From positions 40,300,001 through 40,364,000 of the forward strand of contig CM022665.1 in NCBI GenBank assembly GCA_012295275.1: a stretch of 64,000 nt of DNA, in the 5' to 3' direction. Source of the stretch: Chrysomallon squamiferum (Eukaryota > Animalia > Mollusca). The notes under the pieces were generated by a model that was not told where the DNA came from, searched no databases, and saw nothing but the letters and a program-made list of their open reading frames with translations. Below are positions 1-12,448 of the stretch, piece by piece. Position numbers and translations under genes: made by a program. Position 1 is the stretch's first letter. Each line of letters begins with the position of its first letter.

Positions 1-110
1 ACATTAGTTAGTATGTTTGTATATGTGTGTAAGTTCGTACGAGCGACTGCTTGTGTGAATGTCTGTGTTTTAGTAAAGATAAATAATTTAAAAAAAAAAA
101 AATATCATAC

Positions 111-165
111 CATTTTTTAACCGCTAAAGAGGTCCGAACCGAACAAAATTCACGACGAAACTGGC
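111..165 (-). CDS. Putative first exon (5'UTR plus ATG only) of an unidentified gene running off the left edge
   Basis: Minus strand reads AAAAAATG|GTATGA: ATG at 113-111 in an A-rich Kozak context, immediately followed by a splice donor. Inr-like CCAGTT near 162 and a TATA box about 35 nt upstream. Motif-level evidence only. Confidence 0.4.
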
Positions 166-191
166 AAGTCATTGCGGATGTCAGGTCTATT

Positions 192-318
192 TTTTATACA
201 CCTTGACACACCAGAGCCGGGATTTTCCAGCTACGTAGTCAGTGACTGACCAATGAAAAAGCAGGAGGGGAATTTTCTTTTACAAAGGAAGTCTGCGAAT
301 ATTTGATTTCCCGGGAAA
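192..318 (-). promoter_or_regulatory. Candidate inducible promoter: TATA, NF-kB sites, CCAAT, STAT-like palindrome
   Basis: TATAAAA on minus (198-192); GGGATTTTCC 219-228 fits kB consensus GGGRNWYYCC; CCAAT 250-254; GGGAATTTTC 268-277 (9/10 kB); TTTCCCGGGAAA palindrome 307-318 (TTC-N4-GAA). Confidence 0.45.
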
Positions 319-635
319 AGGTTTTTCTTACAGTGAAAGAATGCGTTGTCCTTGTTTTCTTAGATTTGTAATGCCTTATGTAAATAATAAGCCTCGAAAG
401 TATGAAAGAGAAGATAATTACTAATGTTATATATTGATTTAGTACATAACTTATTGTTTTCGATGTGTGTTTTTTTATTTTATTTTTTTTTTATTTTTTT
501 TTTAATAAAAGATGTATTTATGTATTTGTTCAAGTATGTGTCTGAATATTATACATGGTTGTGTGTGTATGTTTAACCAGTATTTTCATACATTTGTGTA
601 TGTGTATGTTTGCGAGTGTTTATGCGTATGTGTGA

Positions 636-674
<39 letters not shown>

Positions 675-690
675 CGCGCGCGCACGCATG

Positions 691-946
691 TCTGTCTCTA
701 TTACTAAGAAGTTAAATGATTCACTCTGTGGTTTGGTGTGTTGTAATTTCTCTCTCACTTCCCTGCAGCGACATCTAAAACACACGTTTTAGATACACAC
801 TCATTTACAACAGCCGCTGTTCACTGTTCTCTGTGTCGTATGGATTATTACTCATATCACATCTTTAGTAATGTGAGACGTGTGTTACTACACAGATGTG
901 TGTTATTACCGTGCTTAATTTATAAGACCGTGGCAAGAACGTGTTT
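691..946 (+). repeat. 256-bp dispersed repeat, copy A (inverted copy at 44511-44766)
   Basis: Near-identical to the reverse complement of 44511-44766 (about 3 substitutions seen by eye); both copies abut a CA/TG microsatellite. Confidence 0.92.
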
Positions 947-1063
947 GTGTGTGTGTGTGTACGTGTGTGTGTCTGTGTGTGTGCGTATGTGTGTGTTTAA
1001 GTTGGTCGAGAAGTAAATAAATATAAATTAGCTTATAAGATTTTAAAAAATAAATAAATAAAA

Positions 1064-1094
<31 letters not shown>

Positions 1095-2069
1095 ACAAAT
1101 AAATAAATAAATAAATAAATAAATAAACAAACAAATAAATAAACAAACAAACAAACAAATAAATAAATAAATAAATAACAGAACAGAACAGAACAGAACA
1201 GAATAAAAATAACTTAACATAATATAACACGGCGCAACATAACAAGACATACGACATGTAACAAAGAATGAATGGATTAATCATGAAAAGTGAAAGTTGG
1301 AAAGAAAAAGTAAGAACAAAAATGAGATCTTAGAAAACAAAAGGAGAAAGAAAGAAAATGAAAGAAAAAGAAGAAAGAAAGGAAAAGAAGCAAATGTTAA
1401 AGAAAGAAAAAAAAAAACGAAGAAATAAAAAAAAAAAAAAAACCGAGTAAGGAAAAAAAAAAAACAGATCAGTAATTTTACCTGTATCAAGGAACTACAA
1501 GGATCTAACCTATTCGTAACAACTATTACTAATAGTCAGCCCATTCTGCGTGTTTACCTCTTTATGTTATTCTTCCTTCTTTTTCTCTTCTTCCTATCTC
1601 GTTTTATTAATTCTCCCGTTTATATATTCCCTTTAACTTTATCACATAACATTCATAATACCTGGCTTTCTGCGCAGTAATGATCGGATCGGCTCGCGTC
1701 TACTTTCGGTTACGGATGATTTGTATTCTATGTGTTTTTTTACGTAGTATGTACGTATGCATTTCTGTGTATGTGTGTGTGTGTGTGTGAGTGGGTGTAT
1801 GTATTTTTTTTTTTTTTTATGTATGCGTGTGTATATGTATGTGTGTATGTAGACGTGTGTGTGTGTGTTTTGTGTGTGTATGTGTGTGTATATATAAATA
1901 TATTTATGTATGTATGTATGTATGTATATAGACAGCTGTGCGGGTGTGTGTTGTGTGTGTGTGTTGTGTGTGTTGTGTTGTGTATGTGTTGTCTGTGTGT
2001 GCGTGTGTGTTGTGTGTGTGTGTTGTGTGCGTGTGTTGTGTGTCTGTGTGTCTGTGTGTGTGTGTGTGT

Positions 2070-2313
2070 GTGGTCAACGAATAATTAACACATTTTTTTT
2101 TATTCCAGTAAGTGTGTGTGTGTATGTATATAAAAATATATATATGTATGTAGATGTGTGTATGTAGATGTGTGTGTGTGTGTGTGTGTGTGTGTATTTA
2201 AATAGATGTATATATGTATGTATGTTGACATGTGGGTGTGGGTGTGTCGTGCGCGCGCGTGTGTGCGTGTGTGTGTGTGGTCAACAAATAATTAACATTT
2301 TTTTTTATTCCAG
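2070..2313 (+). repeat. Short direct duplication embedded in (TG)n
   Basis: gtggtcaac(g/a)aataattaaca...ttttattccagt occurs at about 2070-2110 and 2277-2313. Confidence 0.75.
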
Positions 2314-2744
2314 TCGTAATCCTTAGAAACGACATGAATTGGATAAACAAAACATAACTTCGTGTGTGTATGTGTGTGTACCACGTACACAAAACTTTCC
2401 ACTTCTCTGCTTCCTTTCAAAGAAGTCTGCTCTCTTCTCCCTTTTAGCCGCGTCCCGAGGAGTTCCAACAAACAAACAAGTCTATAACGAACATAATAAA
2501 GACGTCTCTAACAGTGACCCTACAAAACAAACTGGATACAGTTTCTATACGGGATCGTTCAGAAACGCGATAACGTTCAATTTATCTGTCAGCTTCAAGT
2601 TCGGACATGTTCAGAACGTTCAGGAAAAAAAAACAAAAAAACCTGTGACTCTTAACAAAGCTGACGTTTTTCAAAGTCTCGTGTTTGCCATTATCAATTC
2701 TTGTTGGTTGGTTTTTTTTTTTTTGGTTTTTTTTTGTGTGTGTG

Positions 2745-4018
2745 TGTCAAACAGGATTCAGTGAAGCGTAAAATACAGGTGCACGTCGCGTGCTGATGTA
2801 ATTAGATGTTCAGACTTTTGTTTGTGTATATCTGAGTATAATATATATATATATATATATTTTTTTTTTTTTCTAGTTTTTATGCCTGAGGGTATCGGGT
2901 TAATGTTGTGTTTATTTCAGTGATTTGTTATTAACAGGTAAAGTCATACTGACGTGAAATTTTATATGAAATTTTTTTTTTTTTTTTTTTTTTTGTATGT
3001 CTGTGAGTCTGTTTGTGTGTTTATCCGTTAATTCCTCTATGTAAGTATTCGATGTAAGTGTATCTAATGAAGTTTTTTTTTTTTTATATATTCTTTTTAT
3101 TTTATTTTATTTTATATTATTTTATTTTATTTTAAATTATTTTTTTTCTTTTTTTTTTTTTATTTACTTATTTATTTATTTCATTTTTTTATGTTTATTT
3201 ATTTATTTATTTATTTTATTTTATTTTATTTTATTTTATTTTATTTTATTTATTTATTTGTAATTTTTAAAAATAGAACTCAGTAACAATCATATACAAA
3301 ATCAGAATAAGCTGTCGTAAACTGTCCGTATTTAGATTTAATTATTTACATTCATTGCACTATACCTATAATAGACTGACCATTATTATTATTTATTTGT
3401 TTTAACATAACTTTTAACATAACTTTTAACAAAGCTGGCGTTTATCAAGGTCCCGTGTTTATCGTTTTCATTATTTTTAATTTTTTAAATTTTTTATTTA
3501 TTTATTTATTTATTTTTATCCAGCAGGATTCAGTGAAGCGTAAATTTTCAGACAGGTGAACGTCGCGCGCTGATGTAATTAGATGTCGAGACTTTTCTTT
3601 GTGAATGTCTGGGTTTAATATATATAAATATATATGTGGGTTTTTTTTGTAGTCTGTGTGTGTGTCTGTCTGTCTGTCTGTCTGTCTGGGTGTATCGGGT
3701 TATTGTTGTATTTATTCCAGTGACTTGTTATCTATGGGCAAAGTCACACTGACGTGAAATTATATATGAAAGTTTTTTATGTTTTATGTCTGTGAGTCCG
3801 TTTGTGTGTGTTTATCCGTTAAGTCTTCTATATAAGTAAGTGTATCAAATGAGAGTTTTTCTATTTTTATTTTATTTTATTTTATTTTATTTTATTTTAT
3901 TTTATTTTATTTTATTTTAATTAATTTAATTTAATTTATTTTTATTTTATTTTATTTTATTTTATTTTATTTTATTTTTTTATTTTTTTTTTTTTTTTTT
4001 TTTATTTTATTTTTTATT

Positions 4019-4065
<47 letters not shown>

Positions 4066-5018
4066 CTTATATGTAATTTTTAAAAATATAACTGAATAAC
4101 AAATAAATAAACAAACATAATAATAAACACATTATTATTATTATTACCGTAGAAAGAAGAATTTAAAAATAAAAAAGTTACAAAGCAGCCATAAAGTCTT
4201 TATCTATAACAGACTGAAATTTTTTTTTTGTCAAACGGGATTCACTGAAGCGTAAAATACAGGTGAACGTCGCGTGCTGATGAAATTAAATGTGCAGACT
4301 TTTGTTTGTTGTGTATGTCTGAGTATAATATATGTAAATATCTACCTTTTTTTTTGTAGTCTGTGTGTCTGTCTGTCTGGGGGTATCGGGTTATTATTGT
4401 ATTTATTCCAGTGACTTGTTATCTAAAGGCAAAGTCATACTTATGTGAAATTTTATATGTCTAATTATGTCTGTGAATCTGTGTGTTCATCCGTTAATTC
4501 CTGTATATAAGTTTTCCATGTACTGTACCAAATAAAGGTTTTTCTATTTTTTAATTTATTTTATTTTATTTTTTATTTTATTTTATTTTTTTAATTTATT
4601 TTATTCTATTTTAGTTAATTTAATTTTATTTTATTTCTTTTTATTTTTTATTTAATTTAATTTATTTATTTATTTATTTATTTATTTATTTGTAATTTTT
4701 AAAAATATAACTGAATAACAAATCATATACAAAATCAAAATAAAGCGCAAATATGTATTCTTTTTTTGTCCGTATTTCTATTTATGCGTCTTTCTCTCTG
4801 TCATAAGCTGTCCGTATTTAGTTCTAATTATTTACATGCACTGCACGATCTTTTGTGACAGTAATTAAATAAATAAACAAACAGATTATTTAACAGTAGT
4901 AATATTTCTAGTAGTAATAACAACAGTTAAATAAAATAAAATGAAAATGAAATAACTAACAAAAGAATAAATGAAAAAATAACAAACCAAGATGATGATG
5001 AAAAGACAAAATGAAGAC

Positions 5019-5049
<31 letters not shown>

Positions 5050-5102
5050 GCACCGATAATAACTGTGAACTTGATGATTATAATAACAACATTATTATTA
5101 TA

Positions 5103-5138
<36 letters not shown>

Positions 5139-5210
5139 GCGTAAAAAGAAGTAATATTTTTTTTTTCTAAGCAGCTATAGCGTCCATACGTAAAACAGAC
5201 TGAATTATAT
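2745..5210 (+). repeat. Tandem triplication of a ~710-770-bp unit
   Basis: Anchor ggattca(g/c)tgaagcgtaaa...caggtg(c/a)acgtcgcg(t/c)gctgatg at 2754, 3526 and 4238. Shared downstream blocks (gtatcgggtt, aaagtcat/cact, atccgttaa, gtaatttttaaaaata, agactga) occur in the same order. Confidence 0.9.
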
Positions 5211-5759
5211 ATATATATATATATATTGTTTGTTTGTTTTATTTTTACATTTTGTCTTTCTCTCTTTCTTTCGTTTCATTATTATAACTATTTTTATTTT
5301 TTTATTTTTTTTATTTCACCTCTGCTGTTCAGAAACTAGGCTAAGTTAACAGACAGACCTGGTTACTTATATAACAGTATTTACTTACATAACACTTTCC
5401 ATTTTTCTCTTTAATAAAAAGCTAGCGAGCTTGATCGTGTGGAAAGCAAACATTCGTTCTTACTCGGGAACTGCAAATAGAAACTTGTTTAATTGTCCGA
5501 AAGGGAACAAAGGGATCACTGGTCACTGTTGGGACACACATTTCTGATCGAACTGTCAGCTCAAACGGTTATCCAGGTTAATTGGGTGACCGTTATTTTC
5601 GGCGAGTGTTCGTTTTAATTCCGTGTGTTATGTAAGGGTATTAGCGGCTCGCGCGCGGGGGCGAGTGTTATTAACAGTTCGAGTCTGGGTTAATTCTGAT
5701 GCTGACTTTGAATGGTAACAGTGTGGTTGCATACACTAGTACGTACATACATACAGACG

Positions 5760-5995
5760 TACACACATACAGACGTACGTACATACATACATACAAACAT
5801 ACATACATGCATATACATACGTACATACATACATACATACATACATACATACATACATACATACATACATACATACATACATACATACATACATACATAG
5901 ATAGATACATACATACATGCGTACATACGTACATACATACATACATACATACATACATACATACATACATACAAACGTAATTACATACATACCAT
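5760..5995. repeat. (ACAT)n microsatellite
   Basis: Direct inspection. Confidence 0.95.
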
Positions 5996-6029
5996 ACACA
6001 TGCGTGTATATTTTAATAGAGCAAAATTT

Positions 6030-6067
<38 letters not shown>

Positions 6068-6119
6068 AACAGAGCGAAAATGTATGTATGTATGCGTGTA
6101 ACTGTCTCTCTTTTTGTTT

Positions 6120-6175
<56 letters not shown>

Positions 6176-6380
6176 TTATATATATATATATATCATATTA
6201 TATAGAAATGATTTGTCTATGGAGTTACTTCCCTTAGGTACTAATGTGAGATTTTTTTTTTTTTTTTTTTTTTTGTACTTAAATTTTTTAATAATATGAT
6301 TCTAAATGTATTCCCTGTAACTGCATTCATATCGTTTCTTGCGAGCACGTGCTCTGGTGATACTTTCTCAGGTTTCTTCT

Positions 6381-6412
<32 letters not shown>

Positions 6413-7233
6413 TAGGATTTGTGTGACTGTATTGTGTTCTTTCATTTACTTTCAAGTTTTGTTATTATAAAGACACGTGTTAATTAACTTACCCATATTT
6501 AAATGTCACATTCTTATTTTTATTGTTGTTGTAGTTGTTGTTGTTGATGATGATGATGACCATGTTAGTGTCATCGTTATTGTTGTTATTGTTATTTTTC
6601 TTTTAGTGTTTTTTAAATTTAATTTAATTTTATTTTTAACATACACTCACTTATACGTGTTGTGAGCCAACTTATTACTTACATTTTTCTTTTGAACCAA
6701 AAATTCCAAATTCCATCTTATTTGTTATTATTATTATTATTATTTTTTTTTTTTCTTAAACATTTTCTACACTACAACAACCGTTCAGGCGAATCCAGGT
6801 GCGGATGTCAGTACTTAATGCCCTTGTTCCCCTTTCTCTTCTTTTTTTAGTTAACCATTTATTAAACGTTACAACCTGCATAATTATTTTATTACGTGGG
6901 CTTACAGTTTGGGATCCGCCTCGCTTTGTGCAACAAACTGTTATTGATCGATTTTACTTACAGAGAGAGAGAGCGCAATTTAAAAGTTGCGCATTTCAGA
7001 AGCCCGCTGGTGGGTGAAATAGAGATGTTGTTATTGGCAGCAGTTTGTCTATTTCATCACGACTTTTTATAACAGTTTTGTCGCCGAAATGTCTGTTTTG
7101 TTTATAAGAGTCACCAAACCGTGAAACTACCGTTTTTCTTGGGGGGTCAAACACGCACTGCGTGACTTCCATGTCAAAAACAGTTTATCAGTGTGTGCGT
7201 GCGACAAACCAAAAGATAACCAATAGGTAGCAG

Positions 7234-7310
<77 letters not shown>

Positions 7311-7926
7311 AACAGAGAAAAAAAGAGAGATTTATACAAATCCATGTTCTTATAATAACTGTTGATATTCAAAAAATTTATAATTATGATTAAATTATGC
7401 TACATATGCTTGGATTTATGTATGTATTAAAAAGCTATTTAATAATTCATCAAAAGAAAATACGCGTACGTTAAACAACGTACACCAGCTCGTATATAAA
7501 GCTATATTCGGTTAATTGTCTCACGTATTCAGAGGGTTATTTCAGTGTAGTCGTTTGTAGTAAAGCTTTCCTCGTATTCAAAGAACACAATTAACATATA
7601 ATATTACCAAGTTTAATGAAGCATCTCAAACATACAGGTATTTAGAATAGCATTAATTACTTCGCACTAGGTAGTTAAAGATTATACAGTAAAGCTTTTG
7701 AACTCGTCTTCCACGAATTAGTAAATATATAATGCAATCTCATTAAAATTTCTACTAATTGTTAGTTATTATTTCCTTGCAGTGACCTCTTGAAAGAGAA
7801 AGGTCTACACTCGTCATACAGTAGTCTAAACCTAATCAAATATCTGTAATGAATTTAGTTTTTTTTTTTTTTTTTTTTTTATAGTTAAACAAGCAAACAC
7901 CATCGGAATAACAGTAATAATAATAA

Positions 7927-7958
<32 letters not shown>

Positions 7959-8505
7959 CAGGTAGTAGCAGTAGTGGTAATAGTAATGGTAATAGTAGTA
8001 GTAGTAATGATAATAACAGTAGCAATAGTGATAGTAGTATTAGCAGCAATAATACTAATAATAGTAATAACAATAATAATAATAATAATAATAGTAGTAG
8101 TAGTAATGATGATAGTAGTAATAGTAGTAGTAATCGTAGTAGTAATATATAAATAAATAAATAAAATAAAAGATTTAAACAGCGTGGAGAGGGAGAAAGT
8201 TCTAATCAAAAGGTCCAGTCAGTAAGAAATGTTGTGTGTTTATTTTCTAGTAATCAGAAAACCACAGACATCCGTCACGCTGTTGAGAGCAGGCTGGAAA
8301 GAGAAATCAGTTCATCGCGTACAGAAGTTTGATACCGTGAAAATGTAATTAAAATAACTCGTTATTGGCCTGTCTACATATATACATATGTGTATATGTA
8401 GATAGACTGATAGACAGATCGATAGATATATATCGATATACATACATACATACACATATATATATATATATATATGTATGTATATGTATATATATATATA
8501 TATAT

Positions 8506-8582
<77 letters not shown>

Positions 8583-9388
8583 CATAAATCCAAACCAACT
8601 AATTAACATTCCGACAATTCGCCAATTAGTTATGTTCTATAAAACACGCATTCGTACATATGTAAATACATACACATACAAAGTGACACACATAACTGTA
8701 CACACCCAGTCACGTACACAGTTAATCGTTATTACATTACGCACACCACAGAACAATGGATTTCATTGTCAATATGCTTTGTTTCAATTATATACACAAA
8801 ACTGTGAACGTTACCTGTTAATTCAGAAACAACAACATTCTCATATTTCGATGTATTTATTTACAATATTATGTACAATAAGGCAAGGCAATTATAATGT
8901 AAATTATATTCAAATATACATATAAAATAAAAGAAGTCAAAATGCGTATTAGGTAAAGGTAACACAATAAAAAGTATTGCAAACTTTGCTGTAAATAATC
9001 CAATATATAGTTGTATAGTTATATGCATATATTTCAGTAGTTATAATTATTTTTCACATTTCATATTCATATAATAAACATATAATAAAACTTATTTTAC
9101 TTATTTATATATTCATGTGTATGTGTATATACATACATACATCGATACATACATATATATATATATATATATATGCATTGCATATATATGCAAACTGGAA
9201 TCGTACTCTAAATGAATACATAGAAACCCAAAAACAAGCAAATGAAAATTGAGGCGCGGTTTTCATTATAACACATTTCACTATGTAAGTTACAGCCAAT
9301 TTAACTAAATCCCTAACGCCAAGAGTAATTGTTTTGATATGTTTAAATAAACACAATTTGCCATTCAGTTTTTAAAATGTTATAGACA

Positions 9389-9389
<1 letters not shown>

Positions 9390-9481
<92 letters not shown>

Positions 9482-9489
9482 AATAATAA

Positions 9490-9540
<51 letters not shown>

Positions 9541-9551
9541 TAAAAATTAAA

Positions 9552-9583
<32 letters not shown>

Positions 9584-9596
9584 TAATAATAATAAC

Positions 9597-9634
<38 letters not shown>

Positions 9635-9688
9635 TTAAAAATAAAAATAATAATAATAATAAAAATAAAAATAAAAAATAATAATAAC

Positions 9689-9720
<32 letters not shown>

Positions 9721-9799
9721 TAAAAATTAAAAATAAAAATAATAATAATAATAATAACAATAAAAATAATAATAATAATAATAATAATCATCATCGTCG

Positions 9800-9859
<60 letters not shown>

Positions 9860-9860
9860 C
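9390..9860. repeat. Compound (AAT)n/(CAT)n microsatellite at the start of the bZIP gene 3'UTR
   Basis: Direct inspection; starts about 20 nt after the stop codon at 9878 (minus strand). Confidence 0.9.
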
Positions 9861-9877
9861 AGTAACACGAGAAATAT

Positions 9878-10678
9878 TCATGGCTCTGAATAAAAGCACT
9901 TTTCCTCATTGCTCTGCTTCTCGCACGTAAGTTGGTTCCGGCGCCGTCGTCGTCGTTGTTGCTGTTGTTGTTGTTGTTGCTGCTGCTGCTGCACCACCAT
10001 CTCCGCATCCTCGTACAACAGTCCTGCCTGCATCTCGCTCAGCTGTCGCTGCTGGCTGGCCGCGTGGAACACGTCGTCGTCTTGAACTGGGTCGGCGACG
10101 ACGAACGCTGAGAGGCCGTCGCAGTCGGAGGAGAGGCTGGACGTCGACAGTCCCTGTCTGCGCGAGTCGTCAGCGACGTCGTGGTACAGCAGCTCGTCCA
10201 TCTGGGGATGGGAAGGAAAGTCCATGTCCGACAGACTCAGCATGTTGTTGAGGTCGTCGCTGTCGGAGCTGGTGAAGCTGCTCGACGACATCCTGCACGG
10301 CAACGCCGGAGATCCTCCTGGCCACAACTGCGACATTGCCGACGCGTTTCCGTCCAGTTCGTCACACACGTCGTCAGGTCGCTGACGTTGCTGCTGTTGA
10401 TGCTGCTGCTGCTGTTGCTGCTGCAGCTGCAGATGTAGCTGGTTCTGCTGCTCGTGGTGATAGTTCTGCTGCACGGTCTGATGCTGGTGATGATGGTGTT
10501 CGTGTTGATGCTGGATCGTGTCCAACGCAGGCGTAGCAGCGATGTTGTCCTGGTTGTACCAGCATTTCCCAGACAGCTGGTGCTGTTGTAGGAGTTCGTG
10601 AAGCTCCAGTTTCTGCTGTTTCAGAGTTTCGATTTCTTCAGAGAGCTTCTGGTTCTCTTCAATGATCTTGGAAAAATT
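9878..10678 (-). CDS. ATF3/JDP2/Fos-family bZIP transcription factor, last coding exon (leucine zipper plus long C-terminal region)
   Basis: Acceptor ttttttgcag at 10680-10679, phase 0. Encodes NFSKIIEENQKLSEEIETLKQQKLELHELLQQHQLSGKC with heptad leucines and the Fos/ATF3-type His..Cys zipper end. 266 codons, a GC-rich island in AT-rich surroundings. Confidence 0.9.
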   Translation of the reverse strand, partial: NFSKIIEENQKLSEEIETLKQQKLELHELLQQHQLSGKCWYNQDNIAATPALDTIQHQHEHHHHQHQTVQQNYHHEQQNQLHLQLQQQQQQQHQQQQRQRPDDVCDELDGNASAMSQLWPGGSPALPCRMSSSSFTSSDSDDLNNMLSLSDMDFPSHPQMDELLYHDVADDSRRQGLSTSSLSSDCDGLSAFVVADPVQDDDVFHAASQQRQLSEMQAGLLYEDAEMVVQQQQQQQQQQQQRRRRRRNQLTCEKQSNEEKCFYSEP

Positions 10679-11195
10679 CTGCAAAAAACATTAACATTGT
10701 AAAGACGATATCAGAATCAAATTGCGTTTGACCTGAATAATCGTTAAATAGTATTTATTTTTTTTATTAATCACAATCATCATGATCATTTAACAACACG
10801 TACATCACGCCATATATCACTTTATCTTTTATAAATTTCTTGGTTATATAAAACGAAAACATTTTAGTCCTTAGTAATCATGGTCTGCCTTTTCGCTTTT
10901 CACGTAGAAATAATTTTATTTACTTGAATCAGACTTTGATTTAATATCTACAGCTTTCTGACTATGGATTGTAATTCAGGTTAGTTTTACAGTTGGGTGT
11001 GGGTGGGTGGGGCATTGGCGAGGGGAGAGAGGTAACCCTCCTGCTGAAATTATACTGCGTGTTTGCAGCCGATGGTTTTAGAGTGATGGGCGGACTGAAA
11101 AAGTTGTAAGATATTAGAGCCTTGTTCAGCCAGGATCCATGTTTGGAAAAAAAGGAAATAAAAAAAAAGAAGGGAAAAATAAACATACGATGAAG

Positions 11196-11253
<58 letters not shown>

Positions 11254-11562
11254 CAATAACAACAATAACAATAACAATAATAATAATAAAAATAAAAATA
11301 AAAATAATAACAATAACAATAACAATAACAATAATAATAATAAAAATAATAATAATAATAATAAAAATAATAATAATGATAACAATAACAACAACAACAA
11401 CAACAATAACAACAACCAAGCAAACAAACAAACAAACAAATAAATAAATAAGTAATTAAGTAATAAAAATAATAATAAAATAGTAGTAATAGTACTACTA
11501 CTACTACTAATAATAAACAAACAAACAAACAAACAAACAATAAATAAATAAAATTTGGCTAC

Positions 11563-11670
11563 CTGCATCCACCCATCTTGTTTCATTTTTTTCTTCATGC
11601 GACATCGCTGGGCTGCTTTGCGGTTTTGCTCTCTTCGTCTTTTCTTCTTTTCAATTTCGGCAGGCGTCAA
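11563..11670 (-). CDS. ATF3/JDP2/Fos-family bZIP, basic-region exon
   Basis: gttgcag acceptor and CAG|GTAGCC donor; 108 nt, phase 0/0; LTPAEIEKKKRRREQNRKAAQRCRMKKKMKQDGWMQ contains N-x2-AA-x2-CR. Same size and boundaries as the 108-nt basic exon of vertebrate FOS/ATF3. Confidence 0.95.
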
Positions 11671-11869
11671 CTGCAACAGCAGCAAACACCAAATTAATTT
11701 TAACAGACTGAATGACAACAACGTGATCGATACCCATAATAAATTTATGCTGTATTAAAACAGCACTTTACACGACGCGAAATCTTTCAAATAGGTAAAA
11801 CGAATTCGTTAACGTCATTCTAAATTTTTAATCGTCAGCATTATTTGCTGAAACGGGATAAACGAAAAG

Positions 11870-11922
<53 letters not shown>

Positions 11923-12448
11923 AATTTCGTTCTTAGAGGAATGAAAATATCTTTACTGTTAATAGTATAAAACAAGATTTACGAGGCAAGTGCACTTAAG
12001 TTGAAGAAAAGATTTTTGCGGAACTGTTATTTTGTCGGTTAATTTATGCATGAGGCATTTTTATCAATAACGGTTCGAGTGAACTCGCGTAGAGTTAGAT
12101 TTGTGTTAGTTTATATATACTTATAACATATACACCAGTGACATTTGTGCACGCTAATAATTAAAAGTTTACTACATTCTACGAAACGGCAACAGTTATA
12201 CGAAGCACGAGCAGACAAAAAATGACCTCGGATGAAACAGCGAACTTCGCGCCAGTTCAAAAATTTAATACGTGTCTGTGTTCGGGATCAGGATTAACTT
12301 GAATATTTGGGTGTTTTTTTTAGATAAAACGCATTCTTAACATGCAGAACGTGGATACTTTTAGTACATACATTTAAAAAAAAAAAAAAAAAAAAATTTT
12401 TTTTTTTTTTTTTTTCTTAATGCACAAATAGAATAATATTAGGCTTAC

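Noticed and set aside
2339-2764. 141-aa plus-strand ORF with a pyrimidine-rich AG at about 2448
   Set aside because: No recognisable similarity, no clear donor, and it begins and ends in simple repeats.
10181-10565. Overlapping alternative-frame and antisense ORFs in the GC-rich exon
   Set aside because: Shadows of the real bZIP exon 9878-10678.
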